Origin: Roseibacillus sp.
GTDB lineage: Bacteria; Verrucomicrobiota; Verrucomicrobiia; Verrucomicrobiales; Akkermansiaceae
Direction: 5' to 3'
NCBI GenBank assembly: GCA_051251855.1
Contig: JBPOGI010000001.1
Location: 1,760,001 to 1,824,000 of the forward strand
Length of the DNA: 64,000 nucleotides
A program made the translations under genes and the position numbers. The notes under the pieces are model-generated. The model worked only from the letters and a program-made list of their open reading frames with translations. It did not search any database and was not told the origin of the DNA. This document shows positions 20,224 to 31,666 of the stretch, piece by piece (the first letter of the stretch is position 1; every line of letters begins with the position of its first letter).

Positions 20224-21285
20224 ATGCCCACCGTTCGCCTTTCCGGAACCGTCATCGGCTCCGAAGATCCCAATCGTTCCACTCGTGCCAAGCTCCTCTT
20301 CCACCTCTTCAATGCCGGCTGGGACATCTACAACTCCAACGGCGACCAGAAAATCACCCTCGGCAATATTGAGGAAAAAATCATCGAGTCCGAGGCCTTC
20401 GTTTTCACTCCAGGAGCCAGCCTCGAAGACTTCTTCAAGGCCATCTCCATCTTCGTCGGCTACCAAACTCTCGACAAAAACCTCGCTGCCAAGCCCACCA
20501 TCATCGTCAACGACGACAACTCTTGGGACATCATTTTTCAACTCCTCGACCACCTCAACAAGCTCGGCACCGTCAAACAAGACCACCGCGACTACCTCCT
20601 CGTCGCCGAAACTGCGGAAGGCGTCACTGAAGCCCTTAGCGAGTTCCGTGACAAAGGCCTCCCCCCCATCGACCGCGCTCCGCTTGAGGAAAAACAGGCC
20701 ATGCCTACCGCGGCCAACACCCCGGTCCCCGGCGACTACCTCGGTAACGTCTGCGTCTTCTGCTCGGCTACTATCGAGAAGGAGGATTACATTGCCGACG
20801 GCGAAACCCTCGGACGCGACCTCGCCGACAACAAACTCGGCTGTGTCTCCGGGGCAGGCAAGAGCGGAATCATGGGCGCCGTCGTCCGCGGCTCCGTCGC
20901 AGGCGAAGGCTGGACCGCAGGCTCCAACGTCCCTCACATCATCGAACTCGAAGGCCTCCCTGACGGCCTCGACGCTTTCTGGCTCCGCGACGACATCTAC
21001 ACTCGCATGGAGGTCATGATCGAAAACTCCGATGCCTTCGTCATCTTTCCTGGCGGCGCCGGCACCGTGCAAGAACTCCTTGCCCTCATGATCTTTCACC
21101 AGCAAGACCATGACCTCATGAAAGGCAAGCCCGTCATCATCTTCAACCGCCTCGACAGCAGCGGCGACCGCTTCTGGGAACCACTCGTCGAACTCCTTGG
21201 CAAATACTGCAATGCCGACGACTACACCATCGTCAACGAGCTCGACGAAATCGTCCCCGCCATCAAAGCAAAGCTCAAAAAATAA
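20224..21285 (+). CDS. LOG family protein (two-domain)
   Basis: C-terminal LOG domain VCVFCSA...GIMGAV...PGGAGTVQE; degenerate N-terminal Rossmann-like repeat. Confidence 0.8.
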   Translation: MPTVRLSGTVIGSEDPNRSTRAKLLFHLFNAGWDIYNSNGDQKITLGNIEEKIIESEAFVFTPGASLEDFFKAISIFVGYQTLDKNLAAKPTIIVNDDNSWDIIFQLLDHLNKLGTVKQDHRDYLLVAETAEGVTEALSEFRDKGLPPIDRAPLEEKQAMPTAANTPVPGDYLGNVCVFCSATIEKEDYIADGETLGRDLADNKLGCVSGAGKSGIMGAVVRGSVAGEGWTAGSNVPHIIELEGLPDGLDAFWLRDDIYTRMEVMIENSDAFVIFPGGAGTVQELLALMIFHQQDHDLMKGKPVIIFNRLDSSGDRFWEPLVELLGKYCNADDYTIVNELDEIVPAIKAKLKK

Positions 21286-21299
21286 CTCTCCGCTTCGTT

Positions 21300-21790
21300 T
21301 CTCCACCGCAGAAGCGCAGAAATCTCGAACCACCGCGGGAGCGGGGCACAGCAGGAGATAAGGAGAAAAAGGAGCCGGGGTTCTGTGATTTCAAATAGAA
21401 GGCCGCAAACTTCGCAAAGGACGGGGTTCTGCAGTTTTAAGCAGAAGGCAACGAAGGAAACGAAGGACAGCGTTGATTTTTCTAGGCTAAACTTGAAAAA
21501 GCAGTGCCAAATAGAACTTCTATCTCTCTTCAATCACTGCCGAACCGTCCTTCGCTTTACTCTGCTCAAAAAATACACAGAACCGATTTTTGCGTCTTTT
21601 GTGCATCTTCGCGGCCAAAAATCATCCAACCCCGATAGCCCAACCTCGTCCTTTGCTTCCTTCGTTGCCTTCTGTTTAAAAAATCCTACCGAACCGACTC
21701 CTTTCTTCCTCCTTATCTCCTGCTGTGCCCCGCTCCCGCGGTGGTTCCAAAAATCTCTGTGAAACTCAGCGTCCTCCGCGCCTCCGCGTT
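21300..21790. repeat. Nested inverted-repeat array
   Basis: Perfect 39-bp inverted repeat 21327-21365 / 21709-21747; inner imperfect IR 21435-21468 / 21648-21681. Confidence 0.85.
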
Positions 21791-21860
21791 GAACGAACAA
21801 TCCTAAAATTCCCTTTACTTAACAGACTTCCGCATTGCCCCAACCGCCCTCATCCCTTAG

Positions 21861-24074
<2,214 letters not shown>

Positions 24075-24080
24075 AACCGT

Positions 24081-24286
24081 CACTGGGAGCGCTGGTCTGT
24101 GACCGGCCCCACTGCCCGATAAAAACCTGCGTCGATGGCTCCCCTTCAATTCTCAAACAGATTAAAAGTGTCTCCTCTGTGAGATACAACGGCTGGAGAC
24201 GAAAGCTCGTAAAAGAGCAATTGCAGTCTTGTCGAGTTCGGTTCTGGATGGACATACTGGTGGGGCCGGTCACAGACCAGCGCTCC
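24081..24286. repeat. REPIN-like unit 1 (two inverted REPs) upstream of RAYT
   Basis: cactgggagcgctggtctgtgaccggccccac at 24081-24112 and inverted copy at 24260-24286. Confidence 0.85.
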
Positions 24287-24853
24287 AAGAAAGGATGGCA
24301 CTCCCGTGGGTATCTGCCTCACTTTGATGGCACCGCTACCATTCAGGCTTTGACCTTTCGCCTAGCCGACTCACTTCCGCAATCAGTTCTCGCTGGTTGG
24401 CGAACCCAGCTTCGCGACCTCGACGAAGCCCAAGCGCACATTCAACTCTCTCGCAAAATCGCCCACTACGAAGACGCTGGCCACGGCGCTTGTCTCCTCT
24501 CGAACCCGTCCAATGCAGAGATCGTGCAAGACGCTCTTCTCCACTTCGACGGTGAACGCTACCGCCTCCTCGACTGGGTCATCATGCCCAACCATGTCCA
24601 CGCTCTCGTTAAGACCGATACCGAACCTCTTCCTCGTATCGTCAAGAGTTGGAAGACCTTCACCGCTCGCCAAATCAATCTCGCCCGCAAGTCCTCCGGA
24701 CCCGTCTGGGAACGCGAATACCACGATCGCTACATCCGCGATCTCGCTCACTATCACAACGCTGTTGCCTACATTCGCAACAACCCCGTCAAAGCCAAGC
24801 TCTGCCCCACGCCCCGAGACTGGCCCTACTCCAGCGCCTCAGCAAAAACGTAG
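24248..24853 (+). CDS. REP-associated tyrosine transposase (RAYT, Y1 HUH family)
   Basis: RGYLPHFD, TFRL, WVIMPNHVH (HUH), WEREYHDRYIR, YIRNNPVKA (catalytic Tyr), DWPYSS; ATG at 24248 preferred. Confidence 0.92.
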   Translation: MDILVGPVTDQRSKKGWHSRGYLPHFDGTATIQALTFRLADSLPQSVLAGWRTQLRDLDEAQAHIQLSRKIAHYEDAGHGACLLSNPSNAEIVQDALLHFDGERYRLLDWVIMPNHVHALVKTDTEPLPRIVKSWKTFTARQINLARKSSGPVWEREYHDRYIRDLAHYHNAVAYIRNNPVKAKLCPTPRDWPYSSASAKT

Positions 24854-24857
24854 TTCC

Positions 24858-25005
24858 CACTGGGAGCGCTGGTCTGCGACCGGCCCCACTGCCCGATCAG
24901 AACGTGCGGTGACCAATCCTGCTGGAAAGTTCTACTACCATCCAGCCGCTGTCGGTTCGGTATAGACGTAACGGTGGGGCCGGTCACAGACCAGCGCTCC
25001 CAGTG
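24858..25005. repeat. REPIN-like unit 2 downstream of RAYT
   Basis: REP 24858-24889 and inverted REP 24974-25005; spacer ends resemble those of unit 1. Confidence 0.88.
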
Positions 25006-25230
25006 CCACCTCTCCAAAGACCTCGCCCTTTTCAAAGCACTTTGACAACTACCAGCAAATAAAAAACACTCAAAAATTCGGGCCAACCCTCGCAACGGAA
25101 CATTTCTCAGTAGAGAAGCTGGAGTCAGCCCACGATCTAAACATTCTTCATTCAGCCCCCTTCTCCTTCGACACCGGCGCCAACCATGGTCTTCACCTCT
25201 TCTCTATGGCTTCGACTCCTGACCTAGTAG

Positions 25231-26655
25231 TCAATCTCCCAAAATCCCAGGGTAATTTGCCTCTATCCAATCTTGCGATCTCCGGTGAGTTGCGGAGGTT
25301 CTCCGGTGAGTTGCGGAGGCTCTCAGGTCGAGTGCACCGTATTGTACGGCACTTCCGGCGGTTGAACCGTATTCTATGTATCTCTCGTTTTGATAGGCGG
25401 AAAAGGCTTCGATTTGTGCGACACTTCCCTCCGAAGACAAAGGCGGAGAGGCTGCCGTGCCTGTGAAATCGTTCGTTGAGATCTGAGGAGAAAGCTCCAA
25501 GCTCACCACTTCAGAATCTATTGCAGTGAAGTTGGCCACTAACTCATTGGCATAACCTTGCAGATTCAAATCGCCGATATAGCTCACGAGGGTAGCCGGG
25601 GTTTCCACTCCAATCTCAGGGTTACTCAAAATGCCTTCGATGACGAGGTAGAGACCCAAGTCGATGTTTGTCCACGAGCCCAGATCTGCCACAACATCGG
25701 GGAGGGTCTCTGGGGAAGCGGCGGCAAGTTGCTGCAAGTATCCAGCCGCCACCAAAGAGGCTACCTCGGGATCAAGAGTTTGGAGGTAATCATTAAAAGC
25801 GACTGAAGAGAGATCGGCGGAATTCCAGCCCACGTCGATGGCCGATTGTAAGACCGCTCTTCTGTCGGCGGAATAACGAATCCAAGAACGTGCTTTGGTG
25901 CTAGCCCGAGAAGCCATCTCCGAAATGCGCCGAGCGGTTGAGTGAACTGAAAGCCCCTTCGGAAAGTCGACGAGAGCCTGAGTGGCAAGATCGACAGTCG
26001 AGCTATTCTCATCGCTCTTCACCAACCCCTCATCGGAAATTTCTAGCGTCACATCGACCTCGACTAATTCCTGCTCTGGAACTGGCTGTTGGAAGGATTG
26101 CCATGCGAGCGCATGCGGGGCTAGTTCTGAGGATTGCAGCGCAGTGTTGAGCGCGAACTGAAAACTTTCGTCTCCCATTTCGAAAGACCGAGCCAATACT
26201 TCGGCCACTCCTTGCGAGCGCATCCAGGCATCGAAAAACAAGGTGCGCTCGTGAACGGTTTGGAAAAGAAAGCCAGTAGCCAAATCGCGAAAGTCTGTCG
26301 GACTACAACGGTCCAGATGGAGCAGGAGTAAAGAGAGACGCTCCAAAGGATCGTTTTCCTCGGCGAAGTAACGAGGGAAATCTTCCAGCCGACTATCGCG
26401 AGTTGAGCTGAGAAGCTCAGTGTCGGATTTGGTGCCCGACGACAACCTCGAAGAGGCCAAGCGAGCACTCTTGAGCGAGGTTTTGCTCGAGCTCGAAGAA
26501 AGCGCCGAAGTCTTTTGGTCGGTCTTGAAGCCGAACCAAAAGGAAATCAACAACATCCCAAGCCAAAGACTAGTGAAAAACGTTACTCTCACTCTAGGGA
26601 GAAAACTATCAAACCCCTGAACGAGAACCAGCCTAAACACAGCAGCGGCAGCCAT
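25231..26655 (-). CDS. Hypothetical membrane-anchored protein
   Basis: 474-aa ORF with N-terminal TM, Ser-rich linker and helical region; start uncertain. Confidence 0.55.
   Translation of the reverse strand: MAAAAVFRLVLVQGFDSFLPRVRVTFFTSLWLGMLLISFWFGFKTDQKTSALSSSSSKTSLKSARLASSRLSSGTKSDTELLSSTRDSRLEDFPRYFAEENDPLERLSLLLLHLDRCSPTDFRDLATGFLFQTVHERTLFFDAWMRSQGVAEVLARSFEMGDESFQFALNTALQSSELAPHALAWQSFQQPVPEQELVEVDVTLEISDEGLVKSDENSSTVDLATQALVDFPKGLSVHSTARRISEMASRASTKARSWIRYSADRRAVLQSAIDVGWNSADLSSVAFNDYLQTLDPEVASLVAAGYLQQLAAASPETLPDVVADLGSWTNIDLGLYLVIEGILSNPEIGVETPATLVSYIGDLNLQGYANELVANFTAIDSEVVSLELSPQISTNDFTGTAASPPLSSEGSVAQIEAFSAYQNERYIEYGSTAGSAVQYGALDLRASATHRRTSATHRRSQDWIEANYPGILGD
25279..25320. 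repeat. 21-bp tandem repeat x2 inside CDS
   Basis: tctccggtgagttgcggagg(t/c) twice; encodes SATHRR twice on the - strand. Confidence 0.85.
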
Positions 26656-26742
26656 TCGCCAACCGGGTCAGTCCTGATTGGCACTGCATTAAGCCACATT
26701 TCGTTCGAGAACCGAGAGTTTATCATAGCTGAGGCCGCAGGC

Positions 26743-26842
26743 ATAGGAGAGTGGCTTTCTAAGCCGCTGGGGTTGATCCCGTTACTGGGCAGATAAATCA
26801 ATCGACGACAGTTCAGTGAATTCGGGAGTGCGCAGGCCTACC
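26743..26842 (+). repeat. 100-bp diverged direct repeat, copy 1 (REP-like head)
   Basis: ataggagagtggctttctaagccgctggggttgatc...gcaggcctacc; same spacing as copy 2. Confidence 0.75.
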
Positions 26843-27077
26843 TTTAACGAGCAACAACTTAGCTGCCATCATGAAGTTGCCGATAGTAACCGTGAACCCA
26901 TCGTGATCACACGCAGCGGCAAGCCTCTGGTGGCTCACCTCCCAATGGACGAGTATGGAAAGCATGGTCGAAACCCTCCCTCTTCTCTCGTCCCCAGCCA
27001 ACCAGGCCCGCATCAATCAGGGACTGCTAGACTACGCCGAAGGCCGCTTCGCCAAACACGCCTTGATTGAAGAGTAA
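26843..27077 (+). pseudogene. yefM: YefM/Phd antitoxin pseudogene
   Basis: NNLAAIM / EPIVITRSGK..MDEY / ESMVETL.LLSSPANQARI in different frames; 5' end missing. Confidence 0.8.
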
Positions 27078-27331
27078 TGGAACTCGTCTGGCTCGAAGGC
27101 CCTTGGGAGGACTACCTCTAATGGCAAAAAACTGATAAGAAGGTCCTCAAAAGACTCAATCAGCTCATCAAGGAAGCAATGCGCGCGCCCTTCGAAGGCA
27201 TTGGCAAACCCGAACCTCTCAAAGCCAATCTCACTGGCTGGTGTTCCCCCCGCATGACCGGCGAACTTAGACTCGTCTACCGAGTAGAGGCTGACCACTT
27301 CATCGTCTTCCAATGCCGCTTTCTTGACTGA
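27077..27331 (+). pseudogene. yoeB: YoeB/Txe toxin pseudogene
   Basis: MELVWLEGPWEDYL*WQKTDKK...PFEGIGKPEPLK...RLVYRV; in-frame TAA at 27119-27121; TAATG overlap with yefM. Confidence 0.88.
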
Positions 27332-27333
27332 CT

Positions 27334-27433
27334 ATAGGAGAGTGGCTTTTTAAGCCACTGGGGGTGATCTCGTCACTTTGAAGACGACATAATCATGGCA
27401 AGATTAATGAACAAAGAAGTCAGCAGGCCTACC
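27334..27433 (+). repeat. 100-bp diverged direct repeat, copy 2
   Basis: ataggagagtggctttttaagccactgggggtgatc...gcaggcctacc; inverted partner REP-like hairpin at about 27455-27481. Confidence 0.75.
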
Positions 27434-27487
27434 CCGAACTGCCGATACGACTAGGTCGCGGCTTGTAAAGACCGCGCTCCTGTCATC

Positions 27488-27565
27488 TTTGCCTTCCTGC
27501 GAAACCTTCACCTCGGCGGCTTTCAAATTGATCTGACCAGACTCCTAGAACCTAAAAAGAATCTC
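27488..27565 (-). pseudogene. Degenerate partial copy of gene 28072..28323
   Basis: Matches 28153-28179 and 28216-28245, with the intervening 36 nt deleted at a ctc microhomology. Confidence 0.75.
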
Positions 27566-27693
27566 ATTTTTAAAAAGGCTCCTGATGCTATTTTTTCCAA
27601 GACATCTCCGTGCCAAAAGGTTATCTCCTCTCTATTGAGAATGGTGGATTACCCTTCGCCTATTTTCTTCCCCTTTAACTTGAGAGCGAGAGT

Positions 27694-28062
27694 ATGGACA
27701 AAGAAGAACAGAGAATAGCCATCGCTGCAGCCAACCGTGAATTGTGGGCAGACAAGGGGTATCGCTGGACCAACACCGGATTTCTCTATCGAGTTGAGGA
27801 TGGCCATATGTTGACCTTGGATCCGCTCGACGACCTAAATGTCATGGCCGAGGCCAAGAAAGGCCTCAATACAAATGAACGCCGAAACGACTACCTCGCT
27901 TATCTCTGGGATCTTCTCGGATTGGAGAGAGATCGTGTCTTTTGGGACGAGAACAATGCTCAAGGTTTGCAGACCATTGTCATCGACGTCACTGCCGAGC
28001 AACAAGCCGTCGCCTATCTCAAAGCCCTCGATTTGTGGAGCTCTGAGGAGCTTCCAAATTAG
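27694..28062 (+). CDS. Phage-like hypothetical protein
   Basis: EQRIAIAAA...DPLDDLNVMAEAKK...TAEQQAVAYLKALDLW pattern recalls small tailed-phage proteins (recognised from memory). Confidence 0.55.
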   Translation: MDKEEQRIAIAAANRELWADKGYRWTNTGFLYRVEDGHMLTLDPLDDLNVMAEAKKGLNTNERRNDYLAYLWDLLGLERDRVFWDENNAQGLQTIVIDVTAEQQAVAYLKALDLWSSEELPN

Positions 28063-28071
28063 AGCCTGAAG

Positions 28072-28323
28072 CTAGTGGTCCGAATAACAAGACCCCGTGT
28101 AACTCGGTGCGTTGGTGTCGATGCGACCCACCCCCTTGAGAGCCGAGCCTTTTTTACCTTCCTGCGAAACTTTCACCTCACCAGATTCAATCAACTTCTT
28201 CACTGCCGGACGCTCGGCGGCTTTCCAATTGATCTGACCAGACTTCCCTGGCCCCAAGAACAGCTTCTTCCCACCAGGAAGAGGAACACTCAGAGGCTTT
28301 TTGGTTTGGTTGGTAATATCCAT
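28072..28323 (-). CDS. Small hypothetical protein
   Basis: MDITNQTKKPLSVPLPGGKKLFLGPGKSGQI; a diverged second copy nearby supports coding status. Confidence 0.6.
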   Translation of the reverse strand: MDITNQTKKPLSVPLPGGKKLFLGPGKSGQINWKAAERPAVKKLIESGEVKVSQEGKKGSALKGVGRIDTNAPSYTGSCYSDH

Positions 28324-28573
28324 GAGATTGGCTAGAGAAGTATCATAGCCCAAGATTAAGGTGAGGTCGAGACTGACTCGACTCGACCCTGAGAGTGATA
28401 GCAGAGCGGCCGAAGGGCAGACCTGCATTGCAATGCCCTCGAGGTTCCTGAAGCCTACTGGGACATACTAAAGTCAGCATCGGGTTGGGTGAAAGCTCCG
28501 CACTTGGTCCCCATCTTCTCAATTTCTGACGTGACGGGCTCCCCCTATTCGGATTTCAATTTAAGGCCAGCCC

Positions 28574-29656
28574 ATGACTCTCAAATCACTTTGCTTCCTC
28601 ACTGCCTTCTTGCTCACCCCTTTCACGAGGGGGCAAGACTCAGACACTTTCAATCTCTCTGCGGTGCTGCAAGGAGTGAGCGAAGACAACATCTTCTACA
28701 ACGAAGAGTTTTTTAATTGGGGTTCAGGAATCGTGAAGGGAGACGATGGCAAGTATCACCTCATCTATTCCCAGATGCCTCGGAAGCACGGATTCTATTC
28801 CTGGCTGACGGACGGTATCGTCTCACGTGCGGTTTCCGATCATCCCGCCGGCCCCTACAAACATGTGGAAGTCGTCTTGTCGGGAAGAGGACCAGGACAC
28901 TGGGACGCCTACACCGCACATTGCCCCAAGGTCTACAAATTCGACGGCAAATATTACATCTACTATATGTCGACGAACTCGGGCGAGATGAACCTGACTC
29001 CAAAGCAACTCGAAGAGGTGCGTCGCACGAAATGGAATGAGGGAAACCTCAGGGACATGATGCGTTTAAACCAACGGATTGGCGTCGCAGTCGCCGACAA
29101 AATCGAAGGCCCTTGGCAGCGATTCGACGAACCGGCCGTCGTTCCAGCATTGCCAATCGCAAACATCGTCAACAACACAAGCGTAACGAAAAGACCGGAA
29201 GGAGGCTACCTAATGATCATTCGCGGCGACCAACCTGACCAGCCGGAGGGAACCATCTTGCGGAGCCAAGCCGTCGCCCTCGCCGACCACCCTCTCGGAC
29301 CCTGGGTGATTCAGCCCAAACCCGTTATCAAGGACTACAACTCGGAAGACCCCGAGGTTTGGTATGACGCCAGTCGCAAGCGCTACTATTCCCTCTACCA
29401 CGCTTTTGGATACATGGGAATGATCACTTCCTTGAACGGGCTCGATTGGCAGCGCGCCAAACACTACCGCGTCTCTGATAAATCCTACACCACTAACGAC
29501 GGCCAAACCGTCGAAGTGCAACGATACGAAAGACCCACTATCTACCACGAAAATGGCAAGCCGTTAGTGATGACGGCCGGAATCCGCAAGAAAGACGGCG
29601 ACACCTTCTCCCTATTCATTCCACTCAAACAAGAGCCGGTCGAATCAGAACCCTAA
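28574..29656 (+). CDS. Secreted glycoside hydrolase, five-bladed beta-propeller (GH43/GH117-like clan)
   Basis: Signal peptide; WGSGIV..DGKYHL, AVSDHPAGPY, WDAYTAHCP, EDPEVW, YERPTI. Confidence 0.8.
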   Translation: MTLKSLCFLTAFLLTPFTRGQDSDTFNLSAVLQGVSEDNIFYNEEFFNWGSGIVKGDDGKYHLIYSQMPRKHGFYSWLTDGIVSRAVSDHPAGPYKHVEVVLSGRGPGHWDAYTAHCPKVYKFDGKYYIYYMSTNSGEMNLTPKQLEEVRRTKWNEGNLRDMMRLNQRIGVAVADKIEGPWQRFDEPAVVPALPIANIVNNTSVTKRPEGGYLMIIRGDQPDQPEGTILRSQAVALADHPLGPWVIQPKPVIKDYNSEDPEVWYDASRKRYYSLYHAFGYMGMITSLNGLDWQRAKHYRVSDKSYTTNDGQTVEVQRYERPTIYHENGKPLVMTAGIRKKDGDTFSLFIPLKQEPVESEP

Positions 29657-29695
29657 GATCCCCTCTCTCCATCCTTAAACCGCTCTCAGTCCAGA

Positions 29696-30430
29696 CTACC
29701 GCTTCACTTCCCTCACCACGAAACTCCGAATCGCAATGGGACCGTGGTCGCCTTGGATAGAAATAGGCCCTTTCTTCGCTTCTCCTTTCAAAGGATGAGA
29801 AATGGTGGGGCCGGCTACGGACACATTCTCCTGCACCACCTTTCCATTCACACGCACCCACTCAATGACCGCATCTTCTATCTTTTCTCCCTTTTCAGAA
29901 AAGCGAGGAGCTCGAAATTTCATCTCCAAGCGTTGCCAGCTTCCGGGCTCTTTGGCGGCATTGAGGCTTGGAGCTACCCCTGCATATTTTTTCCTCTCCT
30001 CGTCGGGTAGTCCCTTCCCCTTCACTCCCTCATAAATTCCACCGAGGTCGCCGAAGCCCACTTTCTTTTTTCCAAAGCTATCCAAAATCTGAACCTCATA
30101 TCGCCCCATCAAATAGACCCCTGCGTTCGACCCCTTGGGAATCAGAAACTCCAAACTCATCTCCAAGTCTCCATACTCTTGTTTCGTCAACAGGTAAGGC
30201 AGCCCCTTCACCCGCTCGGTCGCATTCACGAGAATCTTGCCTTCTTCGTTAGGCTCGACACTCAGTTTCTGAGGGTCGTCTTCATCCAGCGCGACAGAAG
30301 TCACCAGATGCCACCCTTCCGTCTTCTGAAAATTTTGTAATGGATGTTCCCCTATCAACTCTTCATCTGCAGCCACTGACAGCATCGTCAAAGAGAAAGA
30401 GAGAACTAGGAACCGTGGCAAGAGCTTCAT
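29696..30430 (-). CDS. DUF1080 / 3-keto-disaccharide hydrolase family protein
   Basis: SNAGVYLMGRYEVQILDS, WQRLEM.FRAP, QGDHGPI. Confidence 0.85.
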   Translation of the reverse strand: MKLLPRFLVLSFSLTMLSVAADEELIGEHPLQNFQKTEGWHLVTSVALDEDDPQKLSVEPNEEGKILVNATERVKGLPYLLTKQEYGDLEMSLEFLIPKGSNAGVYLMGRYEVQILDSFGKKKVGFGDLGGIYEGVKGKGLPDEERKKYAGVAPSLNAAKEPGSWQRLEMKFRAPRFSEKGEKIEDAVIEWVRVNGKVVQENVSVAGPTISHPLKGEAKKGPISIQGDHGPIAIRSFVVREVKR

Positions 30431-30573
30431 CGCTTCTATCCTAGAGAAAATCCATCACCCGACAAGCAACCGCTTTGAATCTCTCCGCTTCCAGCGTTCC
30501 AGGGTATTCGAACTTTCAAGGGAAATTGGAATTGCCAATGAGAGAGGCTCTCCTTCAACCTAGGAGGCAGAAC

Positions 30574-31005
30574 ATGAAAAGCATCAAACCTGGCAGAGGT
30601 CCTTCCGCAATGGCGGCCGTTGGTGGAGTTATCGCCGTGATATTCGGCATCTTTTGGATTGGAATGGCGTCTGAAATATCAGGAAGCTTTGGAGGCGGAA
30701 TTGCTTCCTTCTTTCCTCTCTTCGGAGTCTTGTTCGTCGTCGTAGCTATCATTGGAGTGCTCTACAACGTCAAGAATGCCACCTCCAAGGACCGCTTTTC
30801 GACCTTTGATATTACCGATGAGTCCGAAGAGTCCGATCCCCTCAATGAAGCTTTTGGCAGACCGCAACCGTCACCCACAAAACCTGCGAACGCAGAAAAA
30901 ACCGTGCGAGAACGACTATCAAAACTAGAAGCGCTGCGAAAAGACAACCTCATCACTGAAGACGAGTATCAAGCTCAGCGAAAAACAATCATCACCTCTC
31001 TCTAA
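30574..31005 (+). CDS. SHOCT-domain membrane protein
   Basis: AGGAGG RBS at 30562; MKSIKPGRGPS, two TMs, ERLSKLEALRKDNLITEDEY. Confidence 0.8.
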   Translation: MKSIKPGRGPSAMAAVGGVIAVIFGIFWIGMASEISGSFGGGIASFFPLFGVLFVVVAIIGVLYNVKNATSKDRFSTFDITDESEESDPLNEAFGRPQPSPTKPANAEKTVRERLSKLEALRKDNLITEDEYQAQRKTIITSL

Positions 31006-31027
31006 GTCCCCCTCCTCTTCCTCACGC

Positions 31028-31528
31028 CTAATGGGCGAATGCCCCACTCCATTCTTTCGCTAATCCCGTTCCTTCTCCGGCTAGAAGCATCTCACGAAAC
31101 TCGTAAAAATCGACTTCCAGTAAATTTCGATAGTCATAGCAGTAAAAAGGATTCAGGCGTTTCCCCTTCAAGTAAGATTGAGAATAATGCTTCAAATACT
31201 CGGGCAAGACCAACGTCCCAATCAGGACTGCCCCAAACAGATACAGACTACGCTTCCCATTGCCTAAACAGAGAAACTGAAGGGCAATCTCATCCTCCAC
31301 CGCCGTCCCATAGCCAGTAAGAACATGATAAATATCGTGCTGCTCCACTTTGGGAATCAACTCAAAGTCATTCTCCTCGAGAAATCTCCCTAAGTGATAC
31401 CCCAAAGTCGCTGGCTCATACTTCAATAAATCACGACGCCGAATCCCCCACTCTGGCGAGGACTTGAAGAGGGTGGTGTAGATTCTTTGCGAGTGTAAAT
31501 AGAGGGCGGTCAGGAATTTCTTTCTCAT
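31028..31528 (-). CDS. Coq4-like protein
   Basis: TLGYHL, EQHDIYHVLTGY...DEIALQ (HDxxH-x11-E motif). Confidence 0.75.
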   Translation of the reverse strand: MRKKFLTALYLHSQRIYTTLFKSSPEWGIRRRDLLKYEPATLGYHLGRFLEENDFELIPKVEQHDIYHVLTGYGTAVEDEIALQFLCLGNGKRSLYLFGAVLIGTLVLPEYLKHYSQSYLKGKRLNPFYCYDYRNLLEVDFYEFREMLLAGEGTGLAKEWSGAFAH

Positions 31529-31666
31529 GTTTTTGGAGAAGCGGTTTCACTTCTCCGCCATCACATCCCGCTCCCGTGAAGCCACCATGAACCCTCGATG
31601 AAAAACGAGAGAATTTTCTCTTCATTCGAACACCTAACAACCGTGAATCCCTGACTACAAAAGCCC

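Noticed and set aside
24081..25005. Repeats as a CRISPR array
   Set aside because: Alternating orientation, irregular spacing and a flanked RAYT indicate REPs; no cas genes
25085..25230. TTCGA-containing stretches suggestive of a tRNA/selC T-arm
   Set aside because: No acceptor stem, anticodon arm or cloverleaf could be built
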